Shown here: positions 37,556-45,147 of the stretch, piece after piece
Layout of the letters: each line of letters starts with the position of its first letter
Position numbering within the stretch: the stretch's first letter is position 1
Virus genome (UHGV): UHGV-0113213
Origin: a virus
Reading direction: 5' to 3' (one strand)
DNA length: 52,407 bases
The notes under the pieces: generated by a model
What the model saw: the letters and a program-made list of their open reading frames with translations, nothing else
The model's database searches: none
What the model was told of the DNA's origin: nothing
Position numbers and translations under genes: made by a program

Positions 37556-37745
37556 TTACCCCGCCTTTCACACGCTCTTTAATATCCCATACGTGAGGCT
37601 TGCATATTTCCTGATAATAGTGATCCGGCCTGCTGCCGAAATACCATTTGCCATCCATATAAAAATAAACGCCAGAATAATTTCCTGGCGCTGCCTTTGT
37701 TGCTGCTTCTGGAATTTTCCATTCCATGTAATGTTTAAATTTCAT
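37542..37745 (-). CDS. hypothetical protein
   Basis: ORF. Confidence 0.3.
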   Translation of the reverse strand: MKFKHYMEWKIPEAATKAAPGNYSGVYFYMDGKWYFGSRPDHYYQEICKPHVWDIKERVKGGVIEDV

Positions 37746-37929
37746 GAGTTTTTAAATAACCCCTTCTGAATGCTTTGATGTAAAGTCCTAGCCTTCTTAT
37801 ATGCTGAACGCCATCAATGATGCGCACTAAATAAATTGCACCGTTTGTGTCAGATACAAAATGACAGCCAAAACCAATACCAACCAACTTCAGGTTGTCA
37901 GGTATTCTATAATCAGTTTTCTGTTCCAT
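37735..37929 (-). CDS. hypothetical protein
   Basis: ORF. Confidence 0.3.
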   Translation of the reverse strand: MEQKTDYRIPDNLKLVGIGFGCHFVSDTNGAIYLVRIIDGVQHIRRLGLYIKAFRRGYLKTHEI

Positions 37930-38027
37930 GCCTCACCTCATATGGTATTCAATAAACCACCTGATAAACAGACATAAGGCAATAAAACCCCAGCAACAGC
38001 ACATATAAAACAATGTGTCGTCCATAA

Positions 38028-38246
38028 TTAAGCCTCAATAACACCGTAATCGAACGTGCCTAAATACCGTTCGATACTTACAACCTCAATACCATCAATG
38101 CACCGTTTCCACACAGACACCTGGCTTTCATTTTCTCTGAAGTGCATATTAGAAAGCACTTCATCGGCTGGGTAGCCTTTCCCGGCGACGTAGGCATCGT
38201 GACCTACGCCACCTTCTACGCAATAAAGCATCAATTCGCGTTCCAT
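38028..38246 (-). CDS. hypothetical protein
   Basis: Internal start MERELM has an RBS. Confidence 0.35.
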   Translation of the reverse strand: MERELMLYCVEGGVGHDAYVAGKGYPADEVLSNMHFRENESQVSVWKRCIDGIEVVSIERYLGTFDYGVIEA

Positions 38247-38282
38247 CTTGTTTCCTCCGTGCCGTAAACCTCTTAATTTCAG

Positions 38283-38340
38283 TTTACAAAACGGATATGC
38301 GATCGCAATACAAAATGTATATTTATGTGATCGCAATCAC
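38283..38340. promoter_or_regulatory. motif copies TTTACAAAACGG / ATACAAAATGTA plus CRP-like TGTGATCGCAATCAC
   Basis: Read directly from the sequence. Confidence 0.4.
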
Positions 38341-38344
38341 GCTG

Positions 38345-38995
38345 TTAATGCAGTACACGTTTTTCCTGTTCATGAATAGGCTGTGCACTTTTCATTGCTT
38401 CGTTAAGCGTAGCTATAGCCGCCTGTACGCCGAATTCATTAGCGCGCATATCATCGCCAACAAATTTTCCGTAAAGCACCGGAATAAACGCCTTAACGTT
38501 CACTTCTTCGTGTCCTTCCTCAATAAATTTCTGCAACATCTTAACCTCAAAGACCTTTTTCATCAGGCCGCGCATAGAATGCAGTGAAACACTGCCAAGC
38601 AGATCCTTGTTCAACGGGAAAATAACAGCACTTCCGAACGCGAGCGGATCAACATCTTCCGGCACTGGTGCGCGTCCGAATTCCTCCTCCATGCGTCTTA
38701 CGAAAGTGAGGCAGAACACATAACGCGCTACCGATGTTTTTTCTTCCATGCTTAAAGACACGTAATCGCGGATTGATGCATTCATCATAATATCGACAAT
38801 CTGTAGCGCCAGATTTAAGTCACTGTCATACACTCCTGCTTCCATATCTTTTAAAACTTCGTGATAATCCTTAGTTACCACTTCGTGAAAGCTCGCGTCC
38901 TCTGTGTAGCGAGTAATTAACATGCCTTCGCTGCCGAGTGAATAAGCCGTTTTGATATTGTTCATAATATTTACCCTTATAGTGGATGATGCCAT
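38345..38995 (-). CDS. hypothetical protein
   Basis: ORF. Confidence 0.4.
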   Translation of the reverse strand: MASSTIRVNIMNNIKTAYSLGSEGMLITRYTEDASFHEVVTKDYHEVLKDMEAGVYDSDLNLALQIVDIMMNASIRDYVSLSMEEKTSVARYVFCLTFVRRMEEEFGRAPVPEDVDPLAFGSAVIFPLNKDLLGSVSLHSMRGLMKKVFEVKMLQKFIEEGHEEVNVKAFIPVLYGKFVGDDMRANEFGVQAAIATLNEAMKSAQPIHEQEKRVLH

Positions 38996-39309
38996 TTCAT
39001 TTCAGTTTCTGAATTAAACGGGTTTCCTTCGCTTGAAAGGAATAAATCACGCTCCCGTTTCAGTTCTTCCGGGCTTATTTCTATTTCATCAATCTGACCG
39101 AACGATCCAGGCATCATCCGTTTTAAATCGGATAGCGGACGCATAAGGCCGCAGCCACGTAACAGCATGTCTATAGCGAATTGTCTACGCCCTGCTGCAT
39201 CATTAAAGCGACGCGCCCACGGGACACACACAATCCGGCGTTCGAACTCAATAAATAGTGATAGCTTGTTAGTCTGACTATCATAGGCCTTATGTAATTT
39301 AATTTTCAT
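38977..39309 (-). CDS. hypothetical protein
   Basis: ORF. Confidence 0.35.
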   Translation of the reverse strand: MKIKLHKAYDSQTNKLSLFIEFERRIVCVPWARRFNDAAGRRQFAIDMLLRGCGLMRPLSDLKRMMPGSFGQIDEIEISPEELKRERDLFLSSEGNPFNSETEMKWHHPL

Positions 39310-39490
39310 TTAACACCTCAACATATTGTTCAAGATGCCATCTCCCCACCTCATCATCTTCCTCATCAAATAATATTACTTGACCACCAGGCAAAAAAGA
39401 AAAGGCAGCTATAATAAACTCATAGCCATACCAAGTGCGGATCTTCTCACCGCCTTTCAGGTGTTTTACTTTCACTAATTTTATAGCCAT
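39299..39490 (-). CDS. hypothetical protein
   Basis: ORF. Confidence 0.3.
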   Translation of the reverse strand: MAIKLVKVKHLKGGEKIRTWYGYEFIIAAFSFLPGGQVILFDEEDDEVGRWHLEQYVEVLNEN

Positions 39491-39753
39491 ACGCCGTACA
39501 TCCCATTCAGCCCGGCAAACAATTTCCGCCAGTGGTCTTCAACATAATCCCGGAACGGCTTAACGCGAACATTGCGGGCCTTCAGTTCAATCTTGTCAAA
39601 GAAACGAGGCTCAATAATCGTTCCATCCAGATATTTAACCAGGATCGGGCGCTCAAGATCGTTATATGTCTTGTTCAGCACAACCAGACCAGGGTCGCTA
39701 CGATATTCTGGCAAAACAACAAGATCGCCATCTTTTGCATTCCAAGTAACCAT
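39481..39753 (-). CDS. hypothetical protein
   Basis: ORF. Confidence 0.35.
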   Translation of the reverse strand: MVTWNAKDGDLVVLPEYRSDPGLVVLNKTYNDLERPILVKYLDGTIIEPRFFDKIELKARNVRVKPFRDYVEDHWRKLFAGLNGMYGVWL

Positions 39754-39872
39754 CACATCGCCCCTTTACAAATAAAGCTAATCACCGCAGCAAGTGCGCC
39801 GCAAAACACAATCGTAAACAGGAAACAAATAACGCAAAAAGCGACCCTTACAATATTCTTGCAAACCTTCAT
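39753..39872 (-). CDS. 39 aa hydrophobic peptide MKVCKNIVRVAFCVICFLFTIVFCGALAAVISFICKGAM
   Basis: RBS GGGGTGAG; fills an otherwise ORF-free gap. Confidence 0.45.
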   Translation of the reverse strand: MKVCKNIVRVAFCVICFLFTIVFCGALAAVISFICKGAM

Positions 39873-39875
39873 AAC

Positions 39876-39995
39876 TCACCCCAACAATGCAACAATTAAT
39901 TCAGCAATAAAAACGGCGACATAAAAAGAAGCTGTGATATAAATCACCCCAATAACGAAGGCGGCGGCTAATGCCGCAATTTTTACCATGCTCAT
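39876..39995 (-). CDS. 39 aa hydrophobic peptide MSMVKIAALAAAFVIGVIYITASFYVAVFIAELIVALLG
   Basis: RBS GGAGGCTGATAA. Confidence 0.45.
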   Translation of the reverse strand: MSMVKIAALAAAFVIGVIYITASFYVAVFIAELIVALLG

Positions 39996-40231
39996 TTATC
40001 AGCCTCCGCAATGAACTTATCAAGCCATTTGTTATTGGCCAGGCGTTCGGCATCTTCGCCAAATGTTTTACGTTCGCTTAATTCCTTGCGCGTTGGTATA
40101 GGCCATTTATCGTGCCACCCGGCAGACGTTTCGAACTCATACAGGCCGCCGTTAAAAGTGACATAGTCATCAGATGAGTCAGGCAGCTCTTTATCAACAT
40201 CTTTTTCTTCGATCATGATTTGATACCTCAT
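39992..40231 (-). CDS. hypothetical protein
   Basis: ORF. Confidence 0.35.
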   Translation of the reverse strand: MRYQIMIEEKDVDKELPDSSDDYVTFNGGLYEFETSAGWHDKWPIPTRKELSERKTFGEDAERLANNKWLDKFIAEADK

Positions 40232-40509
40232 TAATCGTTAATAACCTGGCCCATACGCCCGCGATATTTGCGCATACGTGGATCGACATATTCAGGCCAG
40301 TGCATATCCGGTTTTCTTTGCAGCGGATAAAAACTTGCCTGCCAGTTGTCGAACCATATTTGTTTTGCGTACAGGTCACTAAATCTTTTCGCCATCCGTT
40401 CCGCTGCCGTGCCGCATAAAAAAAGCCCGCGATCGATTTGATCACGGGCTTCTTTTAATACTTGCTCTTTTGTTCGTGGCGGTGGTGGCGGTTTTAGATA
40501 ATCAACCAT
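40231..40509 (-). CDS. hypothetical protein
   Basis: ORF. Confidence 0.35.
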   Translation of the reverse strand: MVDYLKPPPPPRTKEQVLKEARDQIDRGLFLCGTAAERMAKRFSDLYAKQIWFDNWQASFYPLQRKPDMHWPEYVDPRMRKYRGRMGQVIND

Positions 40510-40524
40510 CGCTAACCTATTGGA

Positions 40525-40929
40525 TCAAAACGGGATATCGTCATCAAAGTCCATCGGCGGATTATTCCCGTTATTATTCTGCTGCTGCGGAGGCGCTTTC
40601 TGCTGCTGGCCTTGTTGGTTAACGTTCATGAATTCAAATTCGTTAACCGCCACTTCTACCGCCGTTCCCTTCGTGCCGTCGTTCCGGTCATATTGCCGAA
40701 CATCCAGGCGACCGCTTACCACTATTTTTCCACCCTTGCGGATATGTGGCGCTAATTTTTCCGCACGCTCACCAAATACCAGGCAAGTGACCCACATTGT
40801 CCGCTTATTATCGCCGTAGCCATTCGTTACAGCTAACGGAAAACTACCAATCGCTTTCCCGTTTTGTGTGTAGCGAACCTCCATATCATTACCGATATTC
40901 CCGCCCAGCGTGATTGAATTTAAACTCAT
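40525..40929 (-). CDS. ssb: single-stranded DNA-binding protein
   Basis: OB-fold pattern; Gln/Pro-rich linker; acidic tail DFDDDIPF. Confidence 0.85.
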   Translation of the reverse strand: MSLNSITLGGNIGNDMEVRYTQNGKAIGSFPLAVTNGYGDNKRTMWVTCLVFGERAEKLAPHIRKGGKIVVSGRLDVRQYDRNDGTKGTAVEVAVNEFEFMNVNQQGQQQKAPPQQQNNNGNNPPMDFDDDIPF

Positions 40930-41573
40930 TAACCCATCTCCCCGTTAAGCTCTGCTACCCGGATGTCATAAACATCTTTTGCCTTGATTCGATGTTCCGA
41001 TCCTTCCGGTAGTAATTTCCAGCATTTGCCAAATATTTCACGCAGCTTGTTAGCGTCCTGCGCTTTCGCTGCTGCATCACAGAAACGTGCTAATACTTCA
41101 TCAGGATTTGGCGGCGCTTTCTGCTGCTGTGGTTGTTGTTTTGGTGGGTTTTTCTGCTGGCGAGGCTGCTGGCCTGTCTGCTTAGCGTATGCGTCAGTAT
41201 CAGGATCTCGCGCATCATCAATGCAGAATAAACCGTTCAAAGCGTATTTTCGCGCGTAACTTGATGTCGCACCTGTTAGCTGGCTTGCGTCCATTCCCTT
41301 CTTGCTTTCTTCTTCCCTGGCGTAAGCCGTTACCGCTATTTCGTCTTCACCGTCGCTTAGCGTCGCCGTAGCTTTCACATAATAGCGATTGCCGATCAGG
41401 ACAATTTCATCGCTTACAGTCAGCGTAATACTTTGAAGCAGTGGTTTAACCGCCTCTAAAATATCCTCCGCCGACCTGTAATTATATCCACCAAAATTAT
41501 TACGCTGATTTTTCGGCGCGTTCAGCGTTTGCTGAATCGTCCATAGCTTTTTATGTAACTCTGTTTTCACCAT
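40929..41573 (-). CDS. Erf-family single-strand annealing protein
   Basis: GGYNYRSAEDI...YARKYALNGLF. Confidence 0.6.
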   Translation of the reverse strand: MVKTELHKKLWTIQQTLNAPKNQRNNFGGYNYRSAEDILEAVKPLLQSITLTVSDEIVLIGNRYYVKATATLSDGEDEIAVTAYAREEESKKGMDASQLTGATSSYARKYALNGLFCIDDARDPDTDAYAKQTGQQPRQQKNPPKQQPQQQKAPPNPDEVLARFCDAAAKAQDANKLREIFGKCWKLLPEGSEHRIKAKDVYDIRVAELNGEMG

Positions 41574-41689
41574 TTAATCTCCCGTGCTGTTAACACTATG
41601 TATAAGGCTTTATTCGCGGCGCTCCACATTTCGGCATCGTGAAGCATTTCCGCTACTGCCAGTTTGAATTGAAGCGCCTGAATAACCAT
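41570..41689 (-). CDS. hypothetical 39 aa protein
   Basis: RBS GGAG; coupled to erf. Confidence 0.35.
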
Positions 41690-41719
41690 AATGTCATCTC
41701 CGGATGTTTACATTTTGTA

Positions 41720-42010
41720 TTAATGGTAGCGGACTTTATCCAGGGGTTTTTCCCCTAAATGGCGTGGTTGCGTTGCGTGGTAGTAGCTGCCGCTTTCATT
41801 TTCCGTATACCATTTTACTGATCCTTTGCGACGTTCTTTAATGCTATTTGGTTTGCATCTTTCCTCGTTTGCAAATCGAATAGCTTTATCCACATTGTCT
41901 GTTTTATTGATTGCAGGTGATGATTTTCTTTCGTTTTCTCTTTTTATCCTTCTGCGTTCCCTGGCATTCATTTTGCTATCACATTTACCATATATAATTG
42001 TAACGCTCAT
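41720..42010 (-). CDS. N: N-like antitermination protein
   Basis: Arginine-rich motif NARERRRIKRENERK; first gene downstream of the pL candidate and a nutL-like boxA. Confidence 0.55.
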   Translation of the reverse strand: MSVTIIYGKCDSKMNARERRRIKRENERKSSPAINKTDNVDKAIRFANEERCKPNSIKERRKGSVKWYTENESGSYYHATQPRHLGEKPLDKVRYH

Positions 42011-42299
42011 AATCTGATCTCCGTATATCCTTGATGATACTTAATAAAAAATCATCTTCGTTAATTGCCGCACTTCCAGCGGCTGACCAGATTGTTAATG
42101 AGCGGCTTAACATCTTTCAACTAATCCCGCAATCATCGCCGTTCCCGGCGTGACCTTGCTCACTCCAAGCAAGCTGACTCGTCGCCTTGCGTGCGGTTTC
42201 GTGGGGGATGTAACGCTTTAAACACCCCATGCGCCTTGTTATCAGTGCCGCTTTCGGTCCCCCATCGGGGAGTTACTCCACGGTTGACAAGGTGTTAAG

Positions 42300-42317
42300 C
42301 CTGATTTTTAAAGTGCC
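42300..42317 (-). promoter_or_regulatory. nutL-like boxA GGCACTTTAAAAATCAGG
   Basis: 15/18 match to the other two boxA copies. No clear boxB; a TCCCCGATGGGGGA hairpin lies ~35 nt downstream. Confidence 0.35.
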
Positions 42318-42349
42318 AGGAAGTTGCTTTTGTTACCTGCGCCCTTCCT

Positions 42350-42387
42350 TTGACTCGCAATATACGCCCCGTAAAACATCGAGTCAA
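42350..42387 (-). promoter_or_regulatory. pL candidate TTGACT-N17-TATATT inside an inverted repeat TTGACTCG-N22-CGAGTCAA
   Basis: Near-consensus sigma70 promoter on the minus strand. Motif copy TCCATTTTGTATAC lies just upstream. Confidence 0.5.
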
Positions 42388-42477
42388 TCCATTTTGTATA
42401 CTTTTTTAAAATATTTTATATGCCATTGATATTTAAATAATAAATAACGTTTTCTGTTTACGTTTTGGTGTTTTCCA

Positions 42478-42504
42478 GGCAAAGAAAAGCCGCCATTCGG
42501 CGGC
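42478..42504 (-). terminator. terminator after cI
   Basis: GCCGCCGAATGGCGGC followed by TTTTCTTT on the minus strand. Confidence 0.65.
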
Positions 42505-42510
42505 TAATGT

Positions 42511-43158
42511 TTATGGCAGGTTTACGATCTTCGCATCAACCACCACGCCTATAATTTTTGATTCTGGATTCATAGGGATTGGCGGATACAGCGGATTGAG
42601 CGAACGTAAAAGCCTTTGACCTCCATCAATAATCAACTGTTTAAACGTCGGTATCTGCCCTTCCTCAAGCTGGGCTATAACCAGTTTGCCGTCAATAGCT
42701 GGCGCGTGCGGGTCCACAAGTATCATCGTCCCCGCCGGGATGCTCAACCCCTGCGGCGCGTTCATTGATTCACCTTTGGCAACCAGCCAGTAACTGTCAT
42801 CTGAACAAATAACGCTAGTCGTAACGTGTCGTAATGCTGAACGCCTTGCGTCATCCATATTGTTTACTGTGTCCTTCCAGTCAATAACCGGGTAACTACC
42901 TAAATCACGCGGCGGCACGGCCTGAAGTGTATTAGAAACAGAATCATCAATGACCATGCCATCATGTGTAACAGTAAACTGCCGACGACCAAGCTCGCGC
43001 ATAATCCGCGCAATATCTTCAAGATTTGGCTCTCGGCGACCGTTCAGCCAGTGTGACAGGCCGCCTTTAGTTATCCCCATACGATCCGCGAGTGAATCCT
43101 GGCTCATGCCCTGCGCCCGCATGAGCTGCTTTGCTAAGTCATACCATTTTGTTTTCAT
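42511..43158 (-). CDS. cI: CI-like repressor (HTH_XRE + S24 LexA-like peptidase)
   Basis: N-terminal HTH (QDSLADRMGITKGGLSHWLNG); C-terminal SMN...G and K dyad consistent with the S24 family. Confidence 0.8.
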   Translation of the reverse strand: MKTKWYDLAKQLMRAQGMSQDSLADRMGITKGGLSHWLNGRREPNLEDIARIMRELGRRQFTVTHDGMVIDDSVSNTLQAVPPRDLGSYPVIDWKDTVNNMDDARRSALRHVTTSVICSDDSYWLVAKGESMNAPQGLSIPAGTMILVDPHAPAIDGKLVIAQLEEGQIPTFKQLIIDGGQRLLRSLNPLYPPIPMNPESKIIGVVVDAKIVNLP

Positions 43159-43189
43159 GTCGCTACCCTATAACCTCAAAAAGTTTGAT

Positions 43190-43282
43190 GCAAGTCACAA
43201 AACGTGTATTTTAAGCCTTGATCTTAAAATTCCATTTTGTAAACTTGCAGACAAGGTAAGGCCATACTTGCAAAGACGCAAG
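43190..43282. promoter_or_regulatory. OR-like region: pR candidate TTGATC-N16-TAAACT with operator-like palindromes CTTGCAGACAAG and CTTGCAAAGACGCAAG; motif copy TCCATTTTGTAAAC
   Basis: The CTTGC/GCAAG half-site recurs four times between cI and the first rightward gene. Confidence 0.4.
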
Positions 43283-43321
43283 GAAAAAGATAACGGAAGG
43301 CACAAAAAGGCACTTACCTTA

Positions 43322-43355
43322 TGCTCTTTAAAAATCCGGTGTCGCTGCGAAGCGA
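43322..43355 (+). promoter_or_regulatory. nutR candidate: boxA TGCTCTTTAAAAATCCGG plus boxB hairpin TCGCTGCGAAGCGA
   Basis: Consensus boxA (CGCTCTTTA-like), with a stem-loop 3 nt downstream. Confidence 0.55.
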
Positions 43356-43463
43356 AAAACAAATATCACGCAACGGCGGGATCTGTTGAGCGGTCAGTCA
43401 CTGCTATCTAATGCTAATGGGATGCCCGCCCGCGCGTTCACTCTAACCATAGGAGAAAATGCG

Positions 43464-43730
43464 ATGAGTATAAACATGATTAGTAAAGCATGGAACGTAA
43501 AACTTAATAGCCCGATTCAAAAACTTGTCTTAATGGCTCTGGCTGAAAAGGCAGATAACAAAGGACGGGTACATGATGCATCACGCAAAGAAGTAGCCGC
43601 AATGTGTGAACTTCCTGTTCATACGGTACATGATGCCTTCGCCGCGTTAATGGATAAAGGATTTGTTTGTCGTCTTGATGCATTCAGTGATGTCTATGTA
43701 GTGATGTTGCCGGGGGGGGATGATCTATGA
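43464..43730 (+). CDS. winged-HTH protein resembling the N-terminal DNA-binding domain of replication protein O
   Basis: KLVLMALAEKADNKGRVHDASRKEVAAMCELPVHTVHDAF resembles lambda O residues ~50-100. RBS AGGAGAAAATGCG. Confidence 0.45.
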   Translation: MSINMISKAWNVKLNSPIQKLVLMALAEKADNKGRVHDASRKEVAAMCELPVHTVHDAFAALMDKGFVCRLDAFSDVYVVMLPGGDDL

Positions 43731-44773
43731 AGTGGTTTAAGCATGACAGCGATGCGAACCGCGATGAAAAACTTCAAAACGTTTTGTTAGATTATGGCCT
43801 GGAAGGGTACGGGCTTTATTGGTATTGCCTCGAACTAATAACTTATGACGTAGATCAGCACAATCTGAATTTTGACCTACGACATGACGCGAGAATCATT
43901 GCGCGAAACGTCGGATCGACTGAAAAACGTATAGAAGAAATGATGAAATACTTCATCGAAATTGGTTTGTTTGAATGTTCTCAAGGCCACATAACTTGTT
44001 TAAAGTTATTGAAAAGGCTTGATCAATCAATGACTTCTAAAAGCGCGTACAGGGCCGCCATAAACACAGCTAAGGAGCAATTAAAATTAGAAAAGTTAAT
44101 CAATCCAACACAAAAAGGTCATGATAGGGTCATGACCGGGTCAGGAAAGGGTCATGAATTAGAAGTAGAAGAAGAAAGAGAAAAAGATATATACACTTCG
44201 TGTATTGTCGAAAATGAACAAAAAATGTTCAATCGGGATGGCGTAAACGAAGCGGCATTGCGTTGTCTTTCCTTCTACAACGACAAGGCAGGATGCAAAT
44301 GTCGTGATGCGAAGCCATTCATAGAACTACTGACAGAAACAAAAACACGTAAAGCATATACTGAGGAAGAAATCACATTAGTAATCGAGTGGGCTTTAAC
44401 GCAATGGCGTAGCCGTGGTGGAACACCTAAGCCTATCAACATTTGCCGGGTAACTAAATTTGATGGGTATCTGGCTGATGCTGAACAATGGCGCAAACTG
44501 TCAGCCACTGCAAACGCTGCCGATGTGGTGGAAGCATTTAACAGCACGTTTGACGGTCTGTTACCACATGCCGAACTGGATCGGGATCTTGAACGTAAGA
44601 TCTATGCGTTCACTGACTACCTGAAAGACAAAAGCATCACTGGCTTTATTGCTTACTTTGAGGCGTTCAAAAACACGGCTTCAGATTTTTACTTCGGCAA
44701 TGGCTTTACTGCGACACTGGATTTTCTACTTAAACCAAAAACGCTACGTGATACACGATGTGGCGCTCTTTGA
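43727..44773 (+). CDS. replisome organiser / replication initiation protein (Phage_rep_org_N-like)
   Basis: MKWFKHDSDANRDEKL N-terminus; iterons embedded in the linker region. Confidence 0.55.
   Translation: MKWFKHDSDANRDEKLQNVLLDYGLEGYGLYWYCLELITYDVDQHNLNFDLRHDARIIARNVGSTEKRIEEMMKYFIEIGLFECSQGHITCLKLLKRLDQSMTSKSAYRAAINTAKEQLKLEKLINPTQKGHDRVMTGSGKGHELEVEEEREKDIYTSCIVENEQKMFNRDGVNEAALRCLSFYNDKAGCKCRDAKPFIELLTETKTRKAYTEEEITLVIEWALTQWRSRGGTPKPINICRVTKFDGYLADAEQWRKLSATANAADVVEAFNSTFDGLLPHAELDRDLERKIYAFTDYLKDKSITGFIAYFEAFKNTASDFYFGNGFTATLDFLLKPKTLRDTRCGAL
44117..44200. promoter_or_regulatory. candidate replication origin: four GGTCATGA iterons at 11-bp spacing, then an AT/purine-rich tract
   Basis: Iterons at 44117, 44128, 44139 (degenerate) and 44150; followed by agaagtagaagaagaaagagaaaaagatatata. 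Confidence 0.5.
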
Positions 44774-44905
44774 CCAATCACGATCCGCAAAAATCCAAAA
44801 TTACCCACAAACAACCTCACCAGCTAGCTAAATCGCATGTGGTGCTACACTTGCTTACCTTTTTGCGATTAGCTCGTTATAGAGCGTTACAGAGAGGATT
44901 TTAAA

Positions 44906-45007
44906 ATGGACGGTAAACACGTTTTCGCCCTGGCTTTTGCCATCGCTGCGGCAATCGCTGTTAACGTCGCCTTGTTCGGCGGATTGTATCTGCTAGTTAA
45001 TCCATAA
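44906..45007 (+). CDS. 33 aa hydrophobic peptide MDGKHVFALAFAIAAAIAVNVALFGGLYLLVNP
   Basis: RBS AGAGGA; fills an intergenic gap. Confidence 0.35.
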   Translation: MDGKHVFALAFAIAAAIAVNVALFGGLYLLVNP

Positions 45008-45147
45008 CTACCCTTCTACCTTAAAAATCGAAAATTAGCCACATGATTGCGCTTCTGGCGCAAAAAAGACACTGCAACCTTACAAGTGGGTTACGCGGTG
45101 GGTTTTTGCGTTGTAGCGCGTCTGAGGCGTTTTAAGGAGTTGGATCG

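Noticed and set aside
43245-43463. Small cro gene between pR and the winged-HTH gene
   Set aside because: The only ATG-initiated ORF (21 aa, 43319-43384) has no RBS and contains the nutR candidate.
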